Shown here one piece after another: positions 47,224 to 57,026 of a stretch of 64,000 nucleotides of DNA (position 1 is its first letter; the number at the start of each line of letters is the position of its first letter). The translations under genes and the position numbers were made by a program. This DNA is from Candidatus Daviesbacteria bacterium. GTDB lineage: Bacteria > Patescibacteriota > Microgenomatia > Daviesbacterales > UBA10151. The stretch is from contig JAQUSJ010000001.1 in NCBI GenBank assembly GCA_028715175.1, forward strand, positions 71,760 to 135,759, given 5' to 3'. Under the pieces are notes generated by a model. The model ran no database searches, was not told the origin of the DNA, and saw only the letters and a list, made by a program, of their open reading frames with translations.

Positions 47224-47265
47224 ATAGATCCTTCGACTCTCCGGCTTCCGCCGGATCGCTCAGGA
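47224..47265. repeat. Half palindromic element, identical over 42 bp to 60813-60854
   Basis: 'atagatccttcgactctccggcttccgccggatcgctcagga' is read at both loci. Confidence 0.85.
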
Positions 47266-47271
47266 CGCCTT

Positions 47272-49257
47272 TCAGGCGTTTAACCAGTCATCTTCGTCAA
47301 TTGAGTTTGATATATCACTTGCTGTATTGGGTTGATCTTTGTCTCTGTAATTTGTATTACTACTGATCAAGTTTTCCGGAATGTCTATTAAGAATCTGGA
47401 AACCAGGTTGTTGCTTCGTGTACCAAAGTACAATCTTTGCCCGGTATAAGTTAAATAAAGTTTTTCTTTGGCGCGGGTGATGCCGACATACATAAGTCTT
47501 CTTTCTTCTTCCAGTTCCCGGACATCCAGCATGGATCTGGAGTGAGGGAATAAACCTTCTTCCATGCCAACCATGAAAACAATTGGGAATTCCAATCCTT
47601 TGGCGCTATGGAGAGTCATTAAAGTTACGGCATCAACCGGCTGTTTGCTGTTAGTTTTTCGCTTTTGACCAGGTATGTTGCCGTTTTCCACCAGAGCCAC
47701 TTTTTCTAAAAACTCTGTTAAATCAGAGAACTGTTCCGCAACCGAGCGAAGCTCTTTAACATTTTCCGCGCGCATTTTGCCTTCTTCGCTGCTGTCATCA
47801 AGATATGCCAAATACCCTGTTGCCTGTAGGATTTTGTCTAAAAGTTCTAAGGTAGTGTAAGGCAGATTGTCATTCTGAGGCGGAGCCGAAGAATATAAAT
47901 TAGATCCTTCGTTGTCGCTCAGGATGACAGAGCGAAGCTCTATCGCTTTTGATAATCTGCCTTTACCAATTTTTTCGGCTCTCTTTAAAGAAATAGAATC
48001 TTCGGGATTTTGGAGTAAACGGAGATAGGCGAGAATATCCTTAATTTCTTTTCTGGCATAGAAGCTGACCCCGCCTACTAATTTATAAGGTATGCCGACT
48101 TTCAGGAATTGTTCCTCCAGAGCCCGGGATTGGGCATTAGTTCTGTAAAGAATAGCATATGAGTTTAGAGTTCGTAGTTCGTAGTTCGTAGTTTTTTTGT
48201 CTTTACTATGAACTAATAACTCTGAACTATGAACTATTTTGTCTACGACAAAATTAGCTTCTTCAACCTCATTTCTTGTTTCAACTACCTCTATTTTTTC
48301 TCCTCCATCTTTCTTGGTCCAGAGTTTTAAGATGGGATGAGATTTATTTTTGGAGATGACAGCAAAGGCAGCATCCAGGATATTTTGAGTGGAACGGTAG
48401 TTTTGTTCCAGATTAAAGATCGCTACATTCGGATAATCCTTTTGGAAATTAACAATATTGCGAAAATCTGCTCCTCTAAACGAGTACACACTTTGGCTTG
48501 CGTCCCCCACAACACAAATATTTTTATGGCGGTTACTCAAGTATTTTGAAATCAGATATTGAGCAGGATTAGTATCCTGGTATTCATCAATTAAAATATA
48601 CTTAAATTGAATTTGGTATCTGGTTAAAATTGCTGGTTCGGCTTGGAATAATTTAATTACATATAATAATAAATCATCAAAATCCAGAGCATGGTTTCTT
48701 TCCAGAATTTTTTGATATTCCAAATAAATTTTCGCTACAATTTCCTGAAAATAACCCCGGGCATATTGAGGGTATTCTAAAGAAGAAATTAATTCATTTT
48801 TTGCCCCTGATATAGTGGATCTAACAGAAAAAGGAGAAGTTTTTTGAAGCGGGATATTTAAATTACCCATAGCTTCTTTGACAGCATCCAAAGCATCACC
48901 TTCATCATAGATAGCAAAACCGGGAGGCAACTTCAAGACTTTGCCGTCCCGGCGCAAAACCCTGGCGCAAAAACTATGAAATGTTCCCATCATTGGTTCG
49001 TGGTTTGCTGCCAGCGGTTCATTGGCCAAAAGTTTCCTGATACGTTCCATCATCTCGCCGGCCGCTTTATTAGTGAAAGTCAAAACCAGGATATTTTCCG
49101 GAGGAATTTTCTTTTCGGAAATTAAATAAGCCACCCGGTAGGTTAAAACTCTGGTTTTGCCTGAACCGGCTCCGGCCAAAATAAGAGTCGGACCCTCAGT
49201 TGCTTTAACAGCTTTCTGTTGTGCGGGATTTAGATCATTTAAAAGAGAATTGGGCAT
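47272..49257 (-). CDS. pcrA: UvrD/PcrA-family ATP-dependent DNA helicase, carrying three in-frame repeat insertions
   Basis: 'LILAGAGSGKTRVLTYRVAYLI' Walker A plus helicase motifs. It contains repeats at 47866-47930 and 48163-48240. Confidence 0.85.
   Translation of the reverse strand: MPNSLLNDLNPAQQKAVKATEGPTLILAGAGSGKTRVLTYRVAYLISEKKIPPENILVLTFTNKAAGEMMERIRKLLANEPLAANHEPMMGTFHSFCARVLRRDGKVLKLPPGFAIYDEGDALDAVKEAMGNLNIPLQKTSPFSVRSTISGAKNELISSLEYPQYARGYFQEIVAKIYLEYQKILERNHALDFDDLLLYVIKLFQAEPAILTRYQIQFKYILIDEYQDTNPAQYLISKYLSNRHKNICVVGDASQSVYSFRGADFRNIVNFQKDYPNVAIFNLEQNYRSTQNILDAAFAVISKNKSHPILKLWTKKDGGEKIEVVETRNEVEEANFVVDKIVHSSELLVHSKDKKTTNYELRTLNSYAILYRTNAQSRALEEQFLKVGIPYKLVGGVSFYARKEIKDILAYLRLLQNPEDSISLKRAEKIGKGRLSKAIELRSVILSDNEGSNLYSSAPPQNDNLPYTTLELLDKILQATGYLAYLDDSSEEGKMRAENVKELRSVAEQFSDLTEFLEKVALVENGNIPGQKRKTNSKQPVDAVTLMTLHSAKGLEFPIVFMVGMEEGLFPHSRSMLDVRELEEERRLMYVGITRAKEKLYLTYTGQRLYFGTRSNNLVSRFLIDIPENLISSNTNYRDKDQPNTASDISNSIDEDDWLNA
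47866..47930. repeat. Palindromic repeat element, GTCATTCTGAGGCG...CGCTCAGGATGAC, in frame in the helicase gene (encodes 'SVILSDNEGSNLYSSAPPQNDN')
   Basis: Read directly. Confidence 0.85.
48163..48240. repeat. Two adjacent heptamer arrays, (GTTCGTA)x3 and (TATGAAC)-like x4, in frame in the helicase gene (encode 'IVHSSELLVHSKDKKTTNYELRTLNS')
   Basis: Read directly. Confidence 0.8.
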
Positions 49258-49319
49258 AGATGGAGTCAGTATAACACCCCTTTTACTTTTTTAAAAAGCA
49301 TGTTATTATTTTTACCCTT

Positions 49320-49577
49320 ATGATTAAGCTTTTAGATTTTTGGGCTCCCTGGTGCGGACCATGCCAAATAATGACACCTGTCATTGAAGAATTGGACAAG
49401 GAATTTAAAGGCAAAGTAGAGATAGAGAAAATCAATGTTGATGAGAATCAAAGTAAAGCTAGCGAATATGGAGTAATGAGTATTCCTACCTATGTTGTTT
49501 TAAAAGATGGAAAAGAAGTTGGTCGAAAGATTGGTGTTACTTCAAAAGCAGATCTTTTAGCTCTATTTAAAAGTTGA
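49320..49577 (+). CDS. trxA: Thioredoxin
   Basis: 'WAPWCGPCQ' active site. Confidence 0.85.
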   Translation: MIKLLDFWAPWCGPCQIMTPVIEELDKEFKGKVEIEKINVDENQSKASEYGVMSIPTYVVLKDGKEVGRKIGVTSKADLLALFKS

Positions 49578-49873
49578 ACTTCAAAAATCGTGTTATTGAA
49601 ATCGTTAATAAGATTCCTTATGGTAAAGTTACCACTTATGGTACTGTGGCCACTTTGGCAGGAATTCCGAGAGGCGGAAGGCTGGTGGGTGGGATTTTGC
49701 ATTTTAATATTGATAGCTCTCCTTGGCATAGAGTAGTCAATAGACACGGGTTTATTTCTACTAAATGTCTGGATCATCCAAAAGAATTACAGAAAGCACT
49801 TTTGGAACAAGAAGGCATAGAAGTGAGTAATGATTTCATGATAAACTTACAAAAGTATGGCTGGTGGGGTTAA
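49574..49873 (+). CDS. Alkyltransferase-like protein (MGMT-family DNA-binding domain with Trp replacing the acceptor Cys)
   Basis: 'PWHRVVN' instead of PCHRV. Its size and the helix-turn-helix 'TYGTVATLAG' match ATL proteins. ATGA overlap with trxA. Confidence 0.65.
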   Translation: MNFKNRVIEIVNKIPYGKVTTYGTVATLAGIPRGGRLVGGILHFNIDSSPWHRVVNRHGFISTKCLDHPKELQKALLEQEGIEVSNDFMINLQKYGWWG

Positions 49874-49904
49874 TGTTAACCAGCTTGTCAGTGCACAAAA
49901 AACC

Positions 49905-49950
49905 GCTCGCGCGACCAAGTCGCTCGCTTGGGATTTGTTTCGCGCCAAGC
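49905..49950. repeat. GC-rich nested hairpin element 'gcgcgaccaagtcgctcgcttgggatttgtttcgcgc', related to the GC-rich insert in tsaD (10095-10130, 'gacttcgctcgctgcgg')
   Basis: Stems gcgcga/tcgcgc and ccaag/cttgg are read directly. Confidence 0.5.
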
Positions 49951-50005
49951 AATAACTTAAAGACATGTATTTCGGTGGTGCGCTCAACTGCATCACATTT
50001 TTTGA

Positions 50006-50716
50006 TTGCTACTGACTTCGCTGGTTTTTTCTTATATGAAAAATATTTGGATCATAGCTAATTGGAAATCTAACAAAAATATTGCTGAGGCACTTGATTG
50101 GATTTCAAAAGTGGGGCCAAATCTACCCAAAAGAGAAAATTTTAAAGTAGTAGTTTGTCCCAGCTTTAGCGCTCTATCAGAAGTGAAAAAAGCCATCACT
50201 GTAGGTAATTTTCCTCTTATAGTTGGAGCGCAGGATTTATCGCCTCTTGGTGCAGGTGCCTATACAGGAGAAGAGAGTGCAGAACTTCTAAAAGAGTTAA
50301 TTGATTTGGCAATCTTGGGCCATTCTGAAAGAAGACAAAATTTTGGGGAAACAGACGAAATGTTGGCCAAAAAAGTTGCTCAGGCAAATGCATACAGCAT
50401 TATTCCTGTAGTTTGTGTTCAAAGCTCAGATACTCCGGTGCCGGAGGGATGTAAATTGATTGCTTATGAACCGATCTTCGCTATTGGTACAGGTAATCCG
50501 GATACCCCGGAAAACGCCAATCAGGTGGCAGGGGTTTTGAAAGAAAAACATGGTCCGGCACCTGCCGGATTAGAGGTATTGTATGGCGGAAGCGTTACCA
50601 GTGAAAATGCCAAAGCTTTCATATTTCAATCTAACATTAACGGACTGCTAATCGGTAAAGCCTCTTTAGATGCGGAGGAGTTTATCAAAATATGTAAAGT
50701 TATGGAGCTGATTTAA
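50006..50716 (+). CDS. tpiA: Triosephosphate isomerase (probable true start at ATG 50039)
   Basis: 'IIANWKSNKN', 'GHSERR' and 'AYEPIFAIGTG'. Confidence 0.85.
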   Translation: MLLTSLVFSYMKNIWIIANWKSNKNIAEALDWISKVGPNLPKRENFKVVVCPSFSALSEVKKAITVGNFPLIVGAQDLSPLGAGAYTGEESAELLKELIDLAILGHSERRQNFGETDEMLAKKVAQANAYSIIPVVCVQSSDTPVPEGCKLIAYEPIFAIGTGNPDTPENANQVAGVLKEKHGPAPAGLEVLYGGSVTSENAKAFIFQSNINGLLIGKASLDAEEFIKICKVMELI

Positions 50717-51964
50717 GTGGATAATTTAAGGCCCTTAAGGTTAGGCAAAAGCGAAAAAGATAATCCCTTGAAGGTTAGAAGAGTAAGGCAGGCGATTAAA
50801 AAATTATTGCCGGTACTAATCGTAGTAGGAATTTTAATATCACTTGCCATTTTTCTAACGACTTTGTCGGGAACCAATTCCTATGTTTCTTCCATTATTT
50901 CTGGTACCGCACTCAAAAGTACTGATGGCAGGGTTAATATTTTACTGTTGGGAATAGCCGGCGGGACCCATGAGGGACCAACTTTAACAGATACGATTAT
51001 GGTTGCCTCATATAATCTTAAAACCGATCAGGTTTATCTTTTTTCTATTCCCAGGGATTTATGGCTGCCTTCTTTTAAAAGCAAAGTAAATGCAGTGTAT
51101 GAAATTGGTCTTTCGCAAAATAATGGTTTGGGGCTTTCTAAAACTGTCATGGGTAATATTTTAGGTTTGCCTATTCACTACTCTTTAAGAGTAGATTTTA
51201 GGGGTTTTGTACAAGCAATTGACACAATAGACGGAATAGATGTAGCAGTTGAAAAGTCTTTTGATGATTATCTATACCCGATTCAAGGGAAAGAAGATGA
51301 CCTTTGTGGAAATAGCGAGAAAGAGATGGAATTTAGTGAAGAAGAAGCAAAAAAATTAAATATTGATCCTGGTAAAAGAAAAGTTCTAATCAATCCTGAA
51401 GGACAAATCGCCACAGATGCGGCAGAAGAAGATAAAGGAATTAAATATTTTAGTTGTAGATATGAACATATTAGTTTTAGTCAGGGTAAGATGCATATGA
51501 ATGGGGCAGTGGCCTTGGCTTTTGTCAGGTCAAGACATGGTACAAACGGTGAGGCATCAGATTTTGCCAGGTCAAAAAGACAGCAAAAAGTGATTGAGGC
51601 AGTCAGGAGTCGATTGCTATCTTTAGAAACTCTCTCAAGCCCTCAGAAAGTTTCGGATTTAGTTAAAACATTAGGTAAAAGCATAGACACCGACATTTCT
51701 ATAAAAGATGCACTTGAATTCTATAAATTGTCTCGCAAAATCGGCAAAATTCACAGTTTTATTTTAGATGCTTCTCCAAAATCAGGTTTATCAGACAATG
51801 TAACTTCTTTGTTGATTAATCCTCCGCGTGATGAGTATGGAGGCGCTTATGTTTTGATATCTCAAGATGATGACTTTTCTATTATACAAGGATATGTTAA
51901 AAAGATACTCGAAGGGCAAATAACAGAATATGAAGCTACTGGTGCTGCACGGACCGGCAATTGA
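50717..51964 (+). CDS. LytR-CpsA-Psr (LCP) family cell-wall glycopolymer transferase
   Basis: TM anchor, 'NILLLGIAGG', 'DTIMVASYN' and 'FSIPRDLW'. Confidence 0.8.
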   Translation: MDNLRPLRLGKSEKDNPLKVRRVRQAIKKLLPVLIVVGILISLAIFLTTLSGTNSYVSSIISGTALKSTDGRVNILLLGIAGGTHEGPTLTDTIMVASYNLKTDQVYLFSIPRDLWLPSFKSKVNAVYEIGLSQNNGLGLSKTVMGNILGLPIHYSLRVDFRGFVQAIDTIDGIDVAVEKSFDDYLYPIQGKEDDLCGNSEKEMEFSEEEAKKLNIDPGKRKVLINPEGQIATDAAEEDKGIKYFSCRYEHISFSQGKMHMNGAVALAFVRSRHGTNGEASDFARSKRQQKVIEAVRSRLLSLETLSSPQKVSDLVKTLGKSIDTDISIKDALEFYKLSRKIGKIHSFILDASPKSGLSDNVTSLLINPPRDEYGGAYVLISQDDDFSIIQGYVKKILEGQITEYEATGAARTGN

Positions 51965-52580
51965 AGCTTCCAGAAGGAAATTAGGAGAACTGCGCAAGAA
52001 ATTTGATCCTGATAATGTTGTAGTTTTTGATGCTCAAGCAAGTTCAGGACAAGTAATTGCCAATTTAATGACGGTTCCTATGTTTTCCGAGGAAAGGTTG
52101 ATTATCTGGGAAAACCCAATTGATGTTTTTGAACCACCAACTACCAACTACCAACTACCAACTACTCTAATCCTATGGTTTGATCATATTATAGATACAA
52201 AAAAATGGCCGGGGTTTGAATACCTGTTTTTCCCGGAAAGTAAAGAAATTTCCGTATTTCCATTTTTGGATTATTTGGCAGCTCATGATAAAAAAGCTTT
52301 CTTAGAAGTGGAGAAATTAAAAAAAGCAAATTTCGATGTCCACTATCTCATAACTATGGTTTTTTATCTGTTGCGGAATTTGGTAGTTACTCCTAAAACC
52401 GCGCCTCCCTTTGTTAAGCAAAAACTTGCCAAACAAAGAAGTAATTTTAGCAAAGAAAGATTAATAAATCTTTACAGGGATATTTTAGAAATTGAATTTA
52501 AAATTAAGTCAGGTTTATTGGAAAAAGACCAGGCAGAATTTTTACTGGTTAATAAATTCATTGGGAGCCTAATGATTTGA
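51930..52580 (+). CDS. holA: DNA polymerase III delta subunit-like protein
   Basis: 'LLVLHGPAIEASRRKL...LMTVPMFSEERLII' resembles the HolA N-terminus. It contains heptamer array 52133-52170. Confidence 0.4.
   Translation: MKLLVLHGPAIEASRRKLGELRKKFDPDNVVVFDAQASSGQVIANLMTVPMFSEERLIIWENPIDVFEPPTTNYQLPTTLILWFDHIIDTKKWPGFEYLFFPESKEISVFPFLDYLAAHDKKAFLEVEKLKKANFDVHYLITMVFYLLRNLVVTPKTAPPFVKQKLAKQRSNFSKERLINLYRDILEIEFKIKSGLLEKDQAEFLLVNKFIGSLMI
52133..52170. repeat. Tandem heptamer (ACTACCA)x4, in frame in the holA-like gene (encodes 'PPTTNYQLPTTL')
   Basis: Read directly. Confidence 0.85.
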
Positions 52581-53538
52581 GTTTTTGAGACATCAAATCC
52601 AGATCTTTTTGATTAATTACCCCATCTGTATTAATATCTGTTTTTGCACACGATCTATTCCCTGGTAAAGCAGTATTTGGTTGTTTGCCGAAACATGAAG
52701 ACAGTATTGCATAATCGGTTGAATTTATTTTTCCGTCACTATTTAAATCATATTTATCTAAATCCTTGATGGCTGAAGGCAGCGGTGTTTCAGTAAGTAT
52801 AGTCAGATCAAGATCTTGACCTAGTTTAACGGGAGGAAGAGAAGATGAATTAGTTTGTAACTTGAAGAGGATACTTGCGTTTCCTTTGTCGGAGTTGATA
52901 GTCAATTTAGCAATTGTTTCTTCTGTTAATGGAAATACATCAGAAAGGTCTGTTTTGCGGATTTGGGCGATAGGGATCAAAAAATTGCCGCCAGACTTGA
53001 TTAAAGAAGACTGGGTTGCAGCATCCTGGATTGATAAATAAACAACGCCATCATTTAGCGGGTTATTGCCGTCTATTACAGAACCTATGACTGGTGTAAA
53101 TCCAGCCTGATTAATTAGAGGGTTTGCAGTGTCAAATTTCATTACTTCTGATATGAACTTGCCGGATGTAATTTTAAATAAATAGTTAGTGTTAGGAAGC
53201 AGGTTTTTTAGTGTCACATAATGGATTAAACGGGGTTTGGGCCTCGCACCAGACGGTGTGGGATTAGCATCCCTATCGTCTAGCACTGTTTGTTCTCCGG
53301 GATTTTTTTGGCCATAGGTGATAAAAGATTTAGTGGCAGTATTTGTTTGCCAGGAAATTACTGCCGAATCATCCGTGATGTTCGTAATAGCAACATCTCG
53401 TGGAGTCAAATCAGGTGCGGCTTGTGACAAAAAAACTTGCTCTCTTAAAACTAAATAAAGCCCGCTTATTATTCCTAGAATGATTATACTTAAACCAAGA
53501 AGCGTTGGTATTTTAAATTTGTTGAAGAAATTTGTCAT
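52558..53538 (-). CDS. Secreted protein with FN3/purple-acid-phosphatase-N-like domain and C-terminal dockerin-type repeats
   Basis: N-terminal TM. 'DLNSDGKINSTDYAIL' and 'DINTDGVINQKDLDLM' are dockerin/EF-hand-like pairs. Confidence 0.5.
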   Translation of the reverse strand: MTNFFNKFKIPTLLGLSIIILGIISGLYLVLREQVFLSQAAPDLTPRDVAITNITDDSAVISWQTNTATKSFITYGQKNPGEQTVLDDRDANPTPSGARPKPRLIHYVTLKNLLPNTNYLFKITSGKFISEVMKFDTANPLINQAGFTPVIGSVIDGNNPLNDGVVYLSIQDAATQSSLIKSGGNFLIPIAQIRKTDLSDVFPLTEETIAKLTINSDKGNASILFKLQTNSSSLPPVKLGQDLDLTILTETPLPSAIKDLDKYDLNSDGKINSTDYAILSSCFGKQPNTALPGNRSCAKTDINTDGVINQKDLDLMSQKLKSLGSQ

Positions 53539-53709
53539 GGTGATTCTACGCTGCTGGTATCCAAGTCTGGACTAATTGGTACGATAATTTCTTGCAGCTT
53601 TTGAGGTATTTCCACCTGGGAGCGCGTATGAAAAATATCGAATATAACCCATGCGCTAATCGTAATAAAAGTTATTATAACAGCTATCAGCCACTCTTTG
53701 CGTAACATA
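53536..53709 (-). CDS. Small single-TM protein (57 aa), translationally coupled (ATGA) to the dockerin protein
   Basis: Manual translation of the minus strand: 'MLRKEWLIAVIITFITISAWVIFDIFHTRSQVEIPQKLQEIIVPISPDLDTSSVESP'. Confidence 0.3.
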
Positions 53710-54417
53710 TTATTTTAGATAGAATGCTTTTCCTGATAAAGATAAAATTAATGATTTGCTGTCGCTGGTTTTCGATAAAGATAAACTGTCAATAGAGATT
53801 AACCGGTTACTCGTTTTCAAGTCCTGCAAGAGCGCGGTTAAGTTGTTATAATTACCTTCCGCGTTAAAAGTAAATTTCGCTTCAGCCAATACACCCAATT
53901 TATCTGTGATTTTAGTTTCTATCGCAAACGGCTGGATTTGTAATGCCGATACCGACGCCTCGTGATTCTTAGTTGTTTGTTCAAGGGTTTGTGATATTGA
54001 TTTTAAATTGATTGAGTCGGGAATTGCAGCAGAAATTTTGTCTTTAATTTTCTGATCTAAATTATCATAATTTTTTTTGCCTAAAGAGAGATTATTTGCT
54101 TTTTGAGTGACTTTTTGTAAAATCGCATCTGCATCCGCTATCTTTTTCTGTAAGACAAGAATAGTTTCTACAGTTGGTTTGATCGCAAAATATATGAGTA
54201 TTGTGATAACTAAAAGACTTAATATTGTTGATCCGTAATTTTTAACAATAGGGAGTTTAGTAATTGGCTTAATATATGTAAAATACCGCGAATAGAGAGT
54301 AGATCTATTGTGCATACGATTACAATTTACTTCCTCCTGAAGCTGTCGGTTTAGCCGAGGCATCAATAGCAAATTTGATAGTGTCTTGTTCCATGCTAAT
54401 GCTTGAAAGGTTGACAT
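53710..54417 (-). CDS. PilO-like pilus assembly protein (single TM plus periplasmic domain)
   Basis: Topology and its position downstream of the PilN-like gene. Weak sequence evidence. Confidence 0.3.
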   Translation of the reverse strand: MSTFQALAWNKTLSNLLLMPRLNRQLQEEVNCNRMHNRSTLYSRYFTYIKPITKLPIVKNYGSTILSLLVITILIYFAIKPTVETILVLQKKIADADAILQKVTQKANNLSLGKKNYDNLDQKIKDKISAAIPDSINLKSISQTLEQTTKNHEASVSALQIQPFAIETKITDKLGVLAEAKFTFNAEGNYNNLTALLQDLKTSNRLISIDSLSLSKTSDSKSLILSLSGKAFYLK

Positions 54418-54904
54418 CGCTAAAAGCGTTGTCCATTTTTAAGCCGGCAATAAAGTTGGCAATATCGCTGTTAAATGACGTCTGGCCGGAGATATGGATA
54501 TTGGCACTGCCAAGGTTTGTATCAATGTTAATACTTGATAAAGTAATACTTGTAGGAATTTGGTCGGCAATTTTTTTCAAAAGTAATTGCCAATCGAGCG
54601 TATTTGTTTTTATTGTATTTATTGTTAATAATTTAAGTTGAGTATCTCTGATTAAAAGCTCATAAGACTTTAAGCTTTCGATGTAAGGAATTTGTTCTGC
54701 GATAGCTTCATTTTTTGCTGCTAAGTCTGCATCGAATTTAAATCTTGCAACAAGAGCAATTAAAACCAGCGCATTAACAGCAATAAAGATGTAGCGTCCG
54801 CTGGAAAATAACCAGCTAATAAGCTTAACCGGAAGTTTTTCAGGATTACTTTGTGGTTTAAGCAGGTTTAGATTAAGAGTCAGAACGGGTTTAGATTTGG
54901 GCAT
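54320..54904 (-). CDS. PilN-like (fimbrial assembly) protein
   Basis: N-terminal cytoplasmic segment, one TM, then a periplasmic coiled coil. Weak. Confidence 0.3.
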   Translation of the reverse strand: MPKSKPVLTLNLNLLKPQSNPEKLPVKLISWLFSSGRYIFIAVNALVLIALVARFKFDADLAAKNEAIAEQIPYIESLKSYELLIRDTQLKLLTINTIKTNTLDWQLLLKKIADQIPTSITLSSINIDTNLGSANIHISGQTSFNSDIANFIAGLKMDNAFSDVNLSSISMEQDTIKFAIDASAKPTASGGSKL

Positions 54905-54939
54905 GACTTCATTATACTAGGATAATACACGATTGAAAA

Positions 54940-55269
54940 CTACTTAGCTTTTTTAACAGGAGTTTTTTTGACGGACTTTTTAGGAGCGATATTTACTCCT
55001 TGCGAGATTAGTTTTGATAGTCGTGACTTTAATCGGGCAGACTTATTTGGATGAATTAAGTGTACCTTGGCGGCTTTATCCAAGGCAGAAAAGGTGGCCT
55101 GTAAATCTTTGGCTGTTTTGCTTGTTCTTACTTTTTTTATTAAAGCTTTTAAGGCGGCCTCCCGCTTTTTGTTACGGGCTGTTCTTGTCTTATCTTTGCG
55201 CACCTTTTTAATTGCTGATTTTATAATTGGCATAAATTTATTTATGACGATTATATCAGAGGAGCGCAA
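54940..55269 (-). CDS. rpsT: 30S ribosomal protein S20
   Basis: 'SAIKKVRKDKTRTARNKKRE...' basic helical protein of the right size. Confidence 0.8.
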   Translation of the reverse strand: MRSSDIIVINKFMPIIKSAIKKVRKDKTRTARNKKREAALKALIKKVRTSKTAKDLQATFSALDKAAKVHLIHPNKSARLKSRLSKLISQGVNIAPKKSVKKTPVKKAK

Positions 55270-55367
55270 TTCGCCTTAGCGAAAGCGACCTGCTGATCTA
55301 ATTGGCATGAGGGGAATAGTAACACAGCTTCTTTCTTTGCACAAGCCAGAATGCTAAAATCTTATTT

Positions 55368-57002
55368 ATGGTAAAAAATCTTTTTTCGCTTCTTTATTCC
55401 AGACAAACATCAATTTTATCGGCAGCTTCAATAATCATGACAACGATGATATTATCCAAAGTCTTAGGTTTAATCCGTGATCGTTTACTGGCACATGTGT
55501 TTTTGCCGGAAAAAATAGATATTTTTTGGGCGGCATTTAGATTACCGGACTTAATATTTCAGATAATTATTCTTGGTGCACTATCAGTAGCTTTTATACC
55601 GGTATTTACTGAACATCTGGAGAATAAAGGTAAAGAGGATGCTTTTGAGATGGCAAGGGCAGTTTTAAATGTGTCTTTAGTTATATTTATTTTTACAACA
55701 ATCTTAATTTATTTTTTTGCCCAACCTATCATTGCCAGCTTTATTGCGCCGGGGTTTACTGCTTCAAGGCAAATACAAGTTGTGCAGTTAACACGGGTTA
55801 TTTTATTTGGTCAGGTTATTTTAGTGCTGGGATCTTTTTTTATTGGCATTTCGCAATCTTTTCAAAGATTTATTATTCCATCCCTGTCACCTGTCTTTTA
55901 TAACTTTGGAATTATTTTAGGTATTGTTTTTTTGTCCAAGCAGATGGGTATTATGGGTGCGGCTTATGGTGTAGTAATAGGTGCATTCTTGCATGCCGCA
56001 GTACAAATACCATTAGTTTGGTCTATGGGTTTCAGGTTTAAATTCCCTCTCAAATTTTTTAATCCGGGAGTAAAAGAAATAATGAGACTGATGAGCGTTA
56101 GGACGATTGGACTCTCTGCCGAACAAATTAATGAAACAGTAGGACTAGCTTTGGCTTCAGTTGCTTCTGTGGGGTCTGTGACATATCTGACTTTTGCACA
56201 ACATTTACAAGTTGTACCAATAGGTCTTTTCGGGGCAACGCTGGCTCAAGCTGCTTTGCCTGTTCTCTCTTCAGAAAGAGCTAGAGGAAGAATTGAAGAA
56301 TTTAAAATAACTATTCTTACAACTTTACACCAAATTCTTTTCCTGACGCTGCCGGCAACAGCAATTCTGATTGTAATTAGAATTCCGGTTGTCAGGCTTG
56401 TTTTTGGCGCTTCTCAATTTAACTGGGAAGCCACGGTTTTAACCGGCGCAACATTAGCTTTTCTTTCAATCGGCCTCTCTGCCCAAGCTATCTCTTTGCT
56501 TTTGGTAAGAGGTTTTTATGCCTTAAAAGACACGAAAACGCCGGTTATTGTTTCTCTTGCGGTAGTGACAGTCAATATTGTACTGAGTTTATATGCTATT
56601 GTTATTTTAAAGTTTGATGTTTGGAGTATAGGATTTGCCAATTCTGTTTCTGCGGTACTCTCGGCAATCCTGCTTTTTGGGACACTTCATTTTAAGGTAG
56701 GAAAATTTAATTTAAAAATGGTGTTAATTCCTCTTTTGAAAATGCTTATGGCAACTGTAGTTATGGGTGTTTCTTTGTATATTCCAGTAAAGCTTTTAGA
56801 TGCTGTAATTTTCGATACCACCAAAACTGTCAATCTTTTGGCTTTGACCGGGATTTCTTCCTTATTTGCTTTATCTATATATGTAGCATTGGTTAGATTT
56901 TTGAAGGTGCGGGAATTGGATACATATGTTGAACTTATTAAAAGATTTGGGAGACTGCAAAGTAAGTTGAAGTCTAAAGAAATTCTGTCTGAGACTGTTT
57001 AG
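55368..57002 (+). CDS. murJ: Lipid II flippase MurJ (MviN)
   Basis: 544-aa MOP-family protein with N-terminal 'ILSKVLGLIRDRLLAHVF' and the conserved Arg/Asp pattern. Confidence 0.85.
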   Translation: MVKNLFSLLYSRQTSILSAASIIMTTMILSKVLGLIRDRLLAHVFLPEKIDIFWAAFRLPDLIFQIIILGALSVAFIPVFTEHLENKGKEDAFEMARAVLNVSLVIFIFTTILIYFFAQPIIASFIAPGFTASRQIQVVQLTRVILFGQVILVLGSFFIGISQSFQRFIIPSLSPVFYNFGIILGIVFLSKQMGIMGAAYGVVIGAFLHAAVQIPLVWSMGFRFKFPLKFFNPGVKEIMRLMSVRTIGLSAEQINETVGLALASVASVGSVTYLTFAQHLQVVPIGLFGATLAQAALPVLSSERARGRIEEFKITILTTLHQILFLTLPATAILIVIRIPVVRLVFGASQFNWEATVLTGATLAFLSIGLSAQAISLLLVRGFYALKDTKTPVIVSLAVVTVNIVLSLYAIVILKFDVWSIGFANSVSAVLSAILLFGTLHFKVGKFNLKMVLIPLLKMLMATVVMGVSLYIPVKLLDAVIFDTTKTVNLLALTGISSLFALSIYVALVRFLKVRELDTYVELIKRFGRLQSKLKSKEILSETV

Positions 57003-57026
57003 GTTGAATTTGCTACAATACCCTCT

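Noticed and set aside
49864-50061. 65-aa ORF upstream of tpiA
   Set aside because: It overlaps the GC-rich hairpin element and the probable real tpiA start at ATG 50039. It is a spurious extension.
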